From positions 32,001 through 96,000 of IMG/VR virus record IMGVR_UViG_3300035182_000466: a stretch of 64,000 bases of DNA; one strand, given 5' to 3'. Positions 29,674 to 38,248 of the stretch are shown one piece after another. Position 1 is the stretch's first letter. Each line of letters opens with the position of its first letter. The stretch comes from a virus. The notes beneath the pieces were generated by a model, which was not told where the DNA came from, ran no database searches, and was given only the letters and a program-made list of their open reading frames with translations. Both the position numbers and the translations under genes were made by a program.

Positions 29674-30345
29674 ATGGATGAACTTTTAAAAGTACTCCAA
29701 AGACTAGTTGGATCTGATACTGCTATTCTTGCAGTCTCTATAATAGGTATTTTATGGTATAAAGATCAGATAAAACCTAGTCTTGAAAAGAAAAATGAAT
29801 ATGAAACTACCTTAATGGAGAAAACTAAGATATTACTTACAAAAGACGATTTAATTTCGCTTAAAATAGGTAATACTGAAGAGATTGTAGAAAAAATAGC
29901 TGACAAGATTAAAGACTTACTTGAAGACTATCAACAAGATATAAAAGAAGCTAAAATAAAATCTGAAGAGATAAAAGCTATTTTAAAGGGTCCTTTAAAA
30001 GATGATATTCAAAAGATAAAATCAATCTTAGAATCAATGCAACTAAATATCTCTGAACATGATGTAAGAGTAGATTTTTCAGAAAGAATAATAGAAGATG
30101 TAAAAGAAACCTTATCTATTATTTATAGTCTTGTTGATAAGATTTTATCTCAGTTAGAGACTAAAGGTTTAGTAGATAAAATAGATAGAGTAGACTTTAA
30201 CAAATCTAACATCTCATCAAAAGATATAATGAATATATTGGATATGATGGGTAGAATAGCTCCTAGAGAACGAAAAAGAGATTCTAAATTAAGTAGATTA
30301 ACTAGAAGTAGTAGAGACTTTTCAGGAGAAGAAGACTATGAATAG
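29674..30345 (+). CDS. Membrane-anchored coiled-coil protein
   Basis: RBS AGGAG; TM AILAVSIIGILWY followed by a long heptad-rich helical region. Confidence 0.65.
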   Translation: MDELLKVLQRLVGSDTAILAVSIIGILWYKDQIKPSLEKKNEYETTLMEKTKILLTKDDLISLKIGNTEEIVEKIADKIKDLLEDYQQDIKEAKIKSEEIKAILKGPLKDDIQKIKSILESMQLNISEHDVRVDFSERIIEDVKETLSIIYSLVDKILSQLETKGLVDKIDRVDFNKSNISSKDIMNILDMMGRIAPRERKRDSKLSRLTRSSRDFSGEEDYE

Positions 30346-31225
30346 ATTTAGTTTAGAGTTAGCTCGATTAATCTTAGATCTAGAAATGCAGGCAGATAAA
30401 CTTGTAAATGAATCTGTGGTAAATAAGATGTTATGTTGTTGTAGATCTAGACTGCTTAATAACTATATATCTACTTGTCAACTTATGGCTATAAAATTTG
30501 TAGGAAAAATTATAAAATTTAAAGAAGACTTTGATGTACAAAAGACAACAGTAAAAGATTTACGTCATTGGTTTTATTTAGAGAACTATTCTAAGATGTA
30601 CATTAAAAATGCTGTTTCAAATAAAATGATTCTTTTGTTACACCTCTTACAGTCTAAATCAGATAATAGATTTTTTGACCGATTTGAAGTTATGTTTGAT
30701 GAAATAGTACATAGTTTCCAAGGAGAAGAAGAAGATTATTTTAAAAATAGTATATCAAAGATTTTTGATGAATTACAAGACTGGATGGATGACCATATAC
30801 TAGGATTATTAAGTTTAAAGATAAATTGCATGGCTATTGATAATAAGATTCTTGAAGATTATAAAGAGCTTCTAGGATTTAACTCAGAAACAGATGAACA
30901 TAATCTGTATCAAAATTTAGAAGGAATGTGTGGATCAAAACATCTATATGACACTGGAGAAATATTGCACTTGTATTTAACAGAAGAAAATATACTAGAC
31001 GCTATGCCTTGTGAATATACTACTTTAATAACTAAGTATCATGAAAATCCAAATAAAATAGAGCTTATACTTGATTTCCAGTTGTTAGAAAAACCTATAA
31101 TATGCGATGGAACTCATTTATCAGTACTCGAGAGAAATTTGAATAAATTTGGTTCAGTTAAAATAGTAAATCATGAACTTATTACTTTTACTAAGGATTT
31201 TAAACATAAATACTTATTAGCATAG
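30338..31225 (+). CDS. Hypothetical cytoplasmic protein
   Basis: 295-aa ORF overlapping the upstream gene by 8 nt; no motif recognised. Confidence 0.6.
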   Translation: MNRFSLELARLILDLEMQADKLVNESVVNKMLCCCRSRLLNNYISTCQLMAIKFVGKIIKFKEDFDVQKTTVKDLRHWFYLENYSKMYIKNAVSNKMILLLHLLQSKSDNRFFDRFEVMFDEIVHSFQGEEEDYFKNSISKIFDELQDWMDDHILGLLSLKINCMAIDNKILEDYKELLGFNSETDEHNLYQNLEGMCGSKHLYDTGEILHLYLTEENILDAMPCEYTTLITKYHENPNKIELILDFQLLEKPIICDGTHLSVLERNLNKFGSVKIVNHELITFTKDFKHKYLLA

Positions 31226-31236
31226 AAGGTACATAG

Positions 31237-33153
31237 ATGATATTAACTAACAAAAAAGTAGAACCAGAGGAGTATGAGATAAACACTCCGTGTAAATATT
31301 TTGGGGTAAAAATAATCTTAATATTTAGCATGACTTCAATCCTTTGGATATTTAGTATGCAAGCTCTAGGCTTGGTTAATACTTATACTTTTTTAATCTA
31401 CATTTTAGTTTATACAGTACTTTTGTACCTATTAATTTATCAGGACATTAATTACGTAGTTCAAGCTAAAGAAAAACTATCTGTAATTACTACAAATCTA
31501 ATAGATTCAAAACGCGCTTTTTATCTTGTATTTAATAATAGCCTAGTAGGTGTATGCTTAATAGAAAATAAAAAGATAATCAAGGCTAATGAAAAATTCT
31601 TAACTTTATTTAAGATAAAAGAAGAAGAAATATCCCAATTTTCTTGTTACAACATTTTTAGTTCAAATAAAGAATATAAAGATTTATGTTTTATTTGTTC
31701 TAATCTTCCTGTTGATACTACGAAGACTTTAGTTAGAGAAATAAAATTATTAAGTTCTGATGGATCATATTTTTGGGCTAAAGTTAGTTCTAAAGCACTA
31801 ACTAAAGATCCAATGTTGAAAATTGCTTTAATTATACAAGACATAACGGAGTTTAAAGAGTCTGAAGATAAACTTAATAGGATTGCATTTAAAGACCCTT
31901 TAACCAATTTAAACAATAGAGTAAGTTTTAACTTAAAAATTCAAAAGCTTATAACTGAAGAAGAAGTAGATAAGTTTGGTGTGTTATTCTTGGATCTTGA
32001 TTATTTTAAGGTTATAAATGATACCTTAGGACACACTATTGGTGATAAACTTCTAGTTAAAGTTGGTAAAAGAATACAAGAGTGTTTAGAACATGATGAC
32101 TTTTTTGCTAGGTTAGGTGGAGATGAATTTGTTATTCTTATCACCCAACCTTTTTCTTATGGAAAATGCAGAGAAATTTGTAATTGTATTTTAAAAATGG
32201 TAAAAAGACCATTTCAAATAGAAACACATGAAGTATATATAGGTACATCTATTGGTGTAGCAATATATCCTACTGATGGAACTACTAAAGAAGAACTAAT
32301 TAAATGTGCAGATATAGCTATGTATAAAGCAAAAGAACTATCTAGAAATAATGCCTGTTTCTATGACAAGTCTATGAATAAAAAATCAGAAGAGCACTTA
32401 TTTATAGAAACGAATTTAAGACAGGCTATGGACAGAAATGAATTATTCATACAATATCAACCCATTCTTGATTTAGAAACTAATACTATAACCTGTGTAG
32501 AAGCGTTAGTTAGATGGAAGTCTGACAAATACGGTATTATACCACCAAATAGTTTTATACCAATAGCTGAAAACACTGGGTTAATTTTATCTATCGGAGA
32601 GTGGGTGTTAGATAGAGTTTGCAAAGATCTAAATAACCTTTTGGAATATGGATTATCGGTAGTAATGTCTGTAAATCTAAGTCCTAGACAACTTCAACAT
32701 ACTGAAATAGTTAAGTCTATAAAGCAAATACTAAATGAAAATAAAATAGATCCAAAATTGATACGTCTAGAACTTACAGAAACTAGTCTAATGTGTCAAA
32801 AAGATATAATAAATTTGTTAAAATCTTTGAGGTCTTTGGGTGTAGATTTAGCTATAGATGATTTTGGAACTGGTTATAGTTCATTATCTTATTTAAAGTA
32901 TCTTCCAGTATCTACCTTAAAGATTGATAAGTCTTTTATTGATGGAATTCCAGTTGATGTAGACGATACCAGTTTAGTTAAAGGTATAATTGGTTTAGGA
33001 AAAAACTTAGGACTTAAAGTAATTGCAGAAGGTATTGAAAGTCAAAGTCAAAGAACGTGTCTTGAACGATGTGGCTGTGATTCAATACAAGGATACTTAA
33101 TAAGTAGACCAGTTGATTTTGAGGTATTAAAAAACTTTCTTCTAAAAGACTAA
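31237..33153 (+). CDS. Membrane-bound PAS-GGDEF-EAL diguanylate cyclase/phosphodiesterase
   Basis: Two TM helices; PAS (N.KF...F...DGS.FW...IIQDITE.K); DPLTNL.NR, DLDYFK.INDTLGH..GD, RLGGDEF (32116-32130); YQP...EALVRW (32500), SVNLS, ELTE, DDFGTGYSSL, KID, AEGIE, QGY. Confidence 0.97.
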   Translation: MILTNKKVEPEEYEINTPCKYFGVKIILIFSMTSILWIFSMQALGLVNTYTFLIYILVYTVLLYLLIYQDINYVVQAKEKLSVITTNLIDSKRAFYLVFNNSLVGVCLIENKKIIKANEKFLTLFKIKEEEISQFSCYNIFSSNKEYKDLCFICSNLPVDTTKTLVREIKLLSSDGSYFWAKVSSKALTKDPMLKIALIIQDITEFKESEDKLNRIAFKDPLTNLNNRVSFNLKIQKLITEEEVDKFGVLFLDLDYFKVINDTLGHTIGDKLLVKVGKRIQECLEHDDFFARLGGDEFVILITQPFSYGKCREICNCILKMVKRPFQIETHEVYIGTSIGVAIYPTDGTTKEELIKCADIAMYKAKELSRNNACFYDKSMNKKSEEHLFIETNLRQAMDRNELFIQYQPILDLETNTITCVEALVRWKSDKYGIIPPNSFIPIAENTGLILSIGEWVLDRVCKDLNNLLEYGLSVVMSVNLSPRQLQHTEIVKSIKQILNENKIDPKLIRLELTETSLMCQKDIINLLKSLRSLGVDLAIDDFGTGYSSLSYLKYLPVSTLKIDKSFIDGIPVDVDDTSLVKGIIGLGKNLGLKVIAEGIESQSQRTCLERCGCDSIQGYLISRPVDFEVLKNFLLKD

Positions 33154-33163
33154 TGAGGGCTGC

Positions 33164-34105
33164 ATGAAAGCAATCTATATAGAAAGTTTACGTCCAGAAG
33201 AAGTTGTTTCTTTTTCTTTATATCTACGTTATGGTAGTAAATATGTTTTATACAAAGCTGAAGGAAATGTCTTTACACAATCAGATAAAGATAGATTAAT
33301 AGAAAATGATACTACACACCTCTTTATTGATGATTTTAAAATATTAGACTATAACACTTATATTAACGAAAATATCTCAAAGATTTTATCTGATACAAAC
33401 ATGGATTCTAAAGTAAAAGGGCAGTTGTTGTATCAAACTTCAGGCTTTTATTTTGAAGAATCATTTTTAGGACACTCAGTTGAAGATGTAGATAGGTATG
33501 AACATCTTGTAGAACACATTATAACTTTTTGGTTATCTGATCCTAATATTGTGGTAAATCTTGCTAATCTTATTAAACATACTAATTATGAATATGGACA
33601 TTCACTTCAAGTTGCTGCATTATCTGTGATACTTGCGGAGGAGTCTTACACTTTATTAAAAGAAGAAGTGCTTGATATAGGTGTAGGAGCTATACTTCAT
33701 GATCTTGGAAAAATGTTTATTCCATCTTCAATTTTAGATAAGCCTACTATTCTTACTGATGCAGAATTAAAGATTATACAAGAGCATCCTATAAAAACAT
33801 ATAATTTATTAAAAGAAAAAGTTTCTCTGGATAAGACGGCTTTAATGATCTTATTGGATCATCATGAGTATTTAGATGGAACAGGTTATCCAAATAAGAA
33901 GAAAGATCAAGATATAGGTAGGAACGCTAGAATAGTTACTATAGCTGATATTTATTGTGCCTTAACTTCCGATCGACCGTATAGACCTGCCTTTACAGAG
34001 AAACAAGCACTATATATAATGCAGCAAGAATTTAAAGGAAAACTAGACTTAAAAATCTTTGAAACGTTGAAAGCGTATGTAAACAAAAAACTAAATAATC
34101 TGTAG
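33164..34105 (+). CDS. HD-GYP cyclic-dinucleotide phosphodiesterase
   Basis: HS..V, LHDLGK (33698), EHP, HHEYLDGTGYP (GYP at 33884), ADIY.ALTSDRPYR. Confidence 0.95.
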   Translation: MKAIYIESLRPEEVVSFSLYLRYGSKYVLYKAEGNVFTQSDKDRLIENDTTHLFIDDFKILDYNTYINENISKILSDTNMDSKVKGQLLYQTSGFYFEESFLGHSVEDVDRYEHLVEHIITFWLSDPNIVVNLANLIKHTNYEYGHSLQVAALSVILAEESYTLLKEEVLDIGVGAILHDLGKMFIPSSILDKPTILTDAELKIIQEHPIKTYNLLKEKVSLDKTALMILLDHHEYLDGTGYPNKKKDQDIGRNARIVTIADIYCALTSDRPYRPAFTEKQALYIMQQEFKGKLDLKIFETLKAYVNKKLNNL

Positions 34106-34133
34106 TAAACCTCTCACTGAAAGGAATCTATCA

Positions 34134-35405
34134 ATGCTTAAGGTATCAATTTTTACTCCCACTCATAATCCTGTACATTTACTAGACATTTGGACAGACT
34201 TAAAAGATCAGCCTTTTTATGAATGGATAATCGTAGCAAATGGAGAAGAGCTAAAGAAACAAAGAGATGAGTTAGGAGAACACTGGATTTCTGGTCTTTT
34301 TCCTATGTCTGAAGATGAGAGAGTGAAAGTTCTATGGTTTGATGGCCCTGCTTACGTAGGGGCTTTAAAGAAGTTTGCTTGTGATAATTGTATCGGAGAC
34401 ATTTATCTTGAATTAGACCACGATGATATTTTACTTGAAGGTGCAGTAGAAAAAGTAATAGTTGCTTTTGAAAATAATCCTGAGGTAGGATTCGTTTATT
34501 CTAACTGTGCTAACTTTAGAGGAGATTTCGAGAAAGCTGAAAGATATGGTGAAGGTAATGGTTGGAGATATAGACCTTTTATTTATAAAGGTAAAGAATT
34601 GGAGGAAACCTTATCTTTTAAAGATACGCCAGCTTCAGTATCCCGTATTTGGTTTTGTCCAAATCATTTAAGAGCATGGAGAGCAGATGTTTATAAAGAA
34701 GTTGGTGGGCATAATCCTAACATGAGAGTATTAGATGATCAAGAGCTTATTAGTAGAACTTATATTCATTCACCTTTTTATCATATTGATGAGTGTTTAT
34801 ACTTGTACAGAATTGGTGAAAAGAATACATGGTTAGAGCATAATAAAGAAATTCAAGATAATGTATTACCTATTCATTCTAGATTCATCCAAGACATAGC
34901 TGTTTCTTGGAGTAAACGGAACAGTTTGAAAGCAATAGACTTAGGTGGTCGTTTTCATAATAAAGAAGGTATAATAAGTGTAGATCTTAAAGACGCTGAA
35001 GTAAATTGTGATCTAAATGAAACCTGGCCTTTTGAAGATAACTCCGTTGGATGCATAATTGCAAATGATATTGTGGAGCATCTTAAAAATCCTATTCATT
35101 TTATGAAAGAAGCTCATAGAGTATTAGTAGATAATGGAATGTTACTGATCTCTGTTCCTAGCACTGATGGACGTGGAGCTTTTCAAGATCCAACTCATAT
35201 AAGTTTTTGGAATGAAAATAGCTTTTGGTATTATACTCGTGCAACACAAGCTCGTTATATTGATACTCCAGTTCGTTTCCAAGAAGTATACTTAACAACT
35301 TATTTTCCAAATCAATGGTATAAAGATAATAATATCTGTTATACTCTGGCACATTTGTGTGCTTTAAAATCTAACTTTCGTAGACCAGGTCTTATCCTTA
35401 TTTAA
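34134..35405 (+). CDS. GT2 glycosyltransferase fused to a C-terminal SAM methyltransferase domain
   Basis: VSIFTPT, EWIIV, LDHDD (DxD), GFVYS, VGG; C-terminal IDLGG...DIVEH...RVL...G...ISVP...DPTH. Confidence 0.88.
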   Translation: MLKVSIFTPTHNPVHLLDIWTDLKDQPFYEWIIVANGEELKKQRDELGEHWISGLFPMSEDERVKVLWFDGPAYVGALKKFACDNCIGDIYLELDHDDILLEGAVEKVIVAFENNPEVGFVYSNCANFRGDFEKAERYGEGNGWRYRPFIYKGKELEETLSFKDTPASVSRIWFCPNHLRAWRADVYKEVGGHNPNMRVLDDQELISRTYIHSPFYHIDECLYLYRIGEKNTWLEHNKEIQDNVLPIHSRFIQDIAVSWSKRNSLKAIDLGGRFHNKEGIISVDLKDAEVNCDLNETWPFEDNSVGCIIANDIVEHLKNPIHFMKEAHRVLVDNGMLLISVPSTDGRGAFQDPTHISFWNENSFWYYTRATQARYIDTPVRFQEVYLTTYFPNQWYKDNNICYTLAHLCALKSNFRRPGLILI

Positions 35406-35433
35406 CTAATATTTTGGCATGAGGTGTTGCAGA

Positions 35434-35862
35434 ATGAAAATAACTAAATTTAAAGTTCAATCTGGTGCAAGAGGTAGATCTATTGATACTCCCATAAGAT
35501 TTCCTTCTGCAACACAGCCAAGCCTATTAACTGCACCAGATACTAGAATAACAATAAAAGATGCTTCTGGTGAGATAGACCTAGATGAGAAGACCAAACT
35601 AGAAGACGCCAAAAAATCTATAAGATTCGGTGGTAAAGTGTTATCTAATAGTTCAAGTCCTATTCAAATAACAACTAAAGGTAGCATGGGTTATGACGGA
35701 CCTTTCTTTTTTATAGCAGTATTTCCTGATGGTAAACGTTACAAGTATTGGTTTGATAGTCAATTCAAAAGAGATGATGCTGTAAAAGCTAGATTTAATA
35801 TTGGAAAGTTTGTAAATCTGGTTAAGAATACTTCGTATCAGTATGAAAGGTTACAGCAATGA
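35434..35862 (+). CDS. Hypothetical protein (possible internal head protein)
   Basis: Start reassigned to 35434 (GAGGTG upstream); begins MKITKFKVQS. Confidence 0.55.
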   Translation: MKITKFKVQSGARGRSIDTPIRFPSATQPSLLTAPDTRITIKDASGEIDLDEKTKLEDAKKSIRFGGKVLSNSSSPIQITTKGSMGYDGPFFFIAVFPDGKRYKYWFDSQFKRDDAVKARFNIGKFVNLVKNTSYQYERLQQ

Positions 35863-36209
35863 AGATAAAAAAAGTAACCCTCTCAGATAGTAGACTGTCT
35901 TATAATGAGTCTGGAGAGTCTACTACTTTCATGATAAGAGACAAACATTATCTTGAGGAAGACGAAGATAAAGATACAGTATTATCTATGTATGAAGACC
36001 AATGTAGAAAGCAACCAAAAGATATAGACATAGAGTATGTAAAAAATGATGTTTCTAAGAATGATATTATCATAGAGACAAAAAAATCTGACTGTAAAAA
36101 ATATGATAATAAGTTTAAAGGTTTTAAAAGTAAAGAAAGTAATATTTCATGGAGAACAAATGATGTACCTACAGAATCTTTAGGTCCTAAAAGCAAAATA
36201 TTACTATAA
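35859..36209 (+). CDS. Hypothetical protein (possible internal head protein)
   Basis: ATGA overlap with the upstream gene; begins MKIKKVTLS. Confidence 0.55.
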   Translation: MKIKKVTLSDSRLSYNESGESTTFMIRDKHYLEEDEDKDTVLSMYEDQCRKQPKDIDIEYVKNDVSKNDIIIETKKSDCKKYDNKFKGFKSKESNISWRTNDVPTESLGPKSKILL

Positions 36210-36219
36210 GGATATAACA

Positions 36220-36522
36220 ATGGATCTTCAAATTAAAGTTGCTCTTATTACTGGGTTCTTTACACTATCTTCAGCTATAATAACAGCTACGATTGCAGCA
36301 CTTATAAGTAGACGTTGGTTAAACCAAGAAAAACTAAAAGAACAATTAGAGACAGCTAAAAAAGATATAGAGTTTCTCTTATTACTAGAAGATAAATTAT
36401 ATGAAGACCTACAAGTATTACAAAATATGAAAGGTTCACCTAAACTAAAATATAGAGCCTTAATGTTTAGACGTGGTTATAAATTTAGTGGAAAATTTAC
36501 TTTGAGTAGGGTGAGAACATGA
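36220..36522 (+). CDS. Small membrane protein with a coiled coil
   Basis: N-terminal TM (VALITGFFTLSSAIITATIAALI) followed by heptads. Confidence 0.6.
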   Translation: MDLQIKVALITGFFTLSSAIITATIAALISRRWLNQEKLKEQLETAKKDIEFLLLLEDKLYEDLQVLQNMKGSPKLKYRALMFRRGYKFSGKFTLSRVRT

Positions 36523-38120
36523 AATGGACCGAAAAAGTAATAGAGTATAAGAAAGAACAATATCCAAAAGACGAAGTCTTAAGGTATATAAAATCTATCT
36601 TTACTAAAAGAAAAATAAAATGGGAACAACGTCATCTACAACAATTTGAGACTGCTTGGAAAACTAAGGTTCAAATAAACCCAACTGTAGAAGATATTGT
36701 TCCTGAAGTTGATTTACCTGCGTCCATGCTAAAGCTAACACCACTACAAAAGAAACAACTTATAAACGTCTTTAAAAACTTAAATAATAATGAGTTAAAA
36801 CGAAGAAAGAAGTTATTAGATATAGCTTTGAATCTAGCAGTTCATAGAAACAAAAAGAAAGATGTAGATAATTTTTCAGTTATAAGTGATATTATTTTTG
36901 AATCTCGTATGGTTAAAAAACAGAAGATAGAATCTGCAGGTTATAATAATAAGCCTAGTATAAAGTGCAAACGAGTTGATATTTTAAAAGTATCTAAATC
37001 TGAATTAGATGAACTACGTGCATCCATTTTAAAAGACGGTTATATTTTTGTAAAAGATGTAGATGATTTTTATGTTTATAAAGTGTCATGCGATGGTGAG
37101 AATGGTATAGGTGTAGGACCAGTGGAAGGAAAAGTTGTACTTTCTAACTTAAAGAAATGTGACTCTTTCCATACAGACGATGTTAATGTAACTTTTGATG
37201 ATAACTATGACAAGGTATTACGGGATTCTCTTAAAAGAAGAAAGAAAGAATTATCTGGAATATCTCCTATCCTGTATCATTTAACAGAACCACATAAATT
37301 GTTATCTATGTTAGAAGATAACAGAATCCATATGACTTCTAATATAGGAACAAGATCAGATATAATTGGAAATAAGAAAAAGTTTAAACCTTATTATTTT
37401 TCAATGAGTAGAGTAAAATATGGTGGCTTTAATCGTTCTTTTGGTAAAGACACTAGTGTTGCAAATTTAGTACTTGATGGACAAAAATTATCATATAAAT
37501 ATGAAGGTATGCCAGTAGATTATTGGGGTCCAGAATATAGAAAAGGAAATGATTTAGATCAAAGACTAAGAAATGATGAGAATGAAGATAGGATAATTTC
37601 GCCAGATCCATATATAGAACCTTTAAACAAATATGTAAAAGAAATTCATCTTTTCGCAGATTCAAAAGCAAGAGAGTATTATAAAACTGGTGAATATACC
37701 GAAGAAGGTTATGAAAAACATCGCCAGATACAAAAAATTGCAGCATTAGCTAAATCGTTAAAAATACCATTCTATGTTTATATAGATTATGAACCATTTA
37801 AACTATTAGATAAAAGGAGAGCATTACCTAACGAAAGAATAATTAGATCTACAGAATTGGATGAATTACTTGAAGTATTCACTAAAAAGTATGAAGATTT
37901 ATCTGATTCTGCTAGAGAACGTGTATATAGATGCTACATTAGTCCAGATGAGAATAGATCAATAATTGGTAATGTTTTCCATAATGCTAAATTTGGCTCA
38001 AAGTCTGAAAAGTTGCAAATAGACGAAGTTATTGTCTATATGAGAAAGAATAAACTTCATTCAATAACAGATTTAGTATCATTTTTAGGTAAGATTTATA
38101 AAGAAAACAAAGATCTGTAG
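36519..38120 (+). CDS. Multidomain protein with a putative ADP-ribosyltransferase-like domain
   Basis: LYHLT ... FSMSR ... LVLD ... ENEDRI spacing matches the ART H/R - S - ExE strand signature. Confidence 0.45.
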   Translation: MKWTEKVIEYKKEQYPKDEVLRYIKSIFTKRKIKWEQRHLQQFETAWKTKVQINPTVEDIVPEVDLPASMLKLTPLQKKQLINVFKNLNNNELKRRKKLLDIALNLAVHRNKKKDVDNFSVISDIIFESRMVKKQKIESAGYNNKPSIKCKRVDILKVSKSELDELRASILKDGYIFVKDVDDFYVYKVSCDGENGIGVGPVEGKVVLSNLKKCDSFHTDDVNVTFDDNYDKVLRDSLKRRKKELSGISPILYHLTEPHKLLSMLEDNRIHMTSNIGTRSDIIGNKKKFKPYYFSMSRVKYGGFNRSFGKDTSVANLVLDGQKLSYKYEGMPVDYWGPEYRKGNDLDQRLRNDENEDRIISPDPYIEPLNKYVKEIHLFADSKAREYYKTGEYTEEGYEKHRQIQKIAALAKSLKIPFYVYIDYEPFKLLDKRRALPNERIIRSTELDELLEVFTKKYEDLSDSARERVYRCYISPDENRSIIGNVFHNAKFGSKSEKLQIDEVIVYMRKNKLHSITDLVSFLGKIYKENKDL

Positions 38121-38248
38121 TATAATGGATTTTGAAGAATGTAATTTATATTAACGATATAATCAATATGGAAAAAATAAAAAAACTCTTTAAACTGTTA
38201 GAAGTAGCAGTAAACACTAGAAGTGTTATCAAACGAAAGGAGAATCAA

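Noticed and set aside
31237-33153. Hypr-type cGAMP synthase
   Set aside because: The specificity position equivalent to PleD D344 is Asp (GHTIGD), as in ordinary diguanylate cyclases.
28347-34105. Host DNA or a transposon accounting for the signalling genes
   Set aside because: There is no transposase, integrase or terminal repeat. The genes share strand, AT-rich codon style and tight spacing with the flanking phage genes. Read-level confirmation is still advisable.
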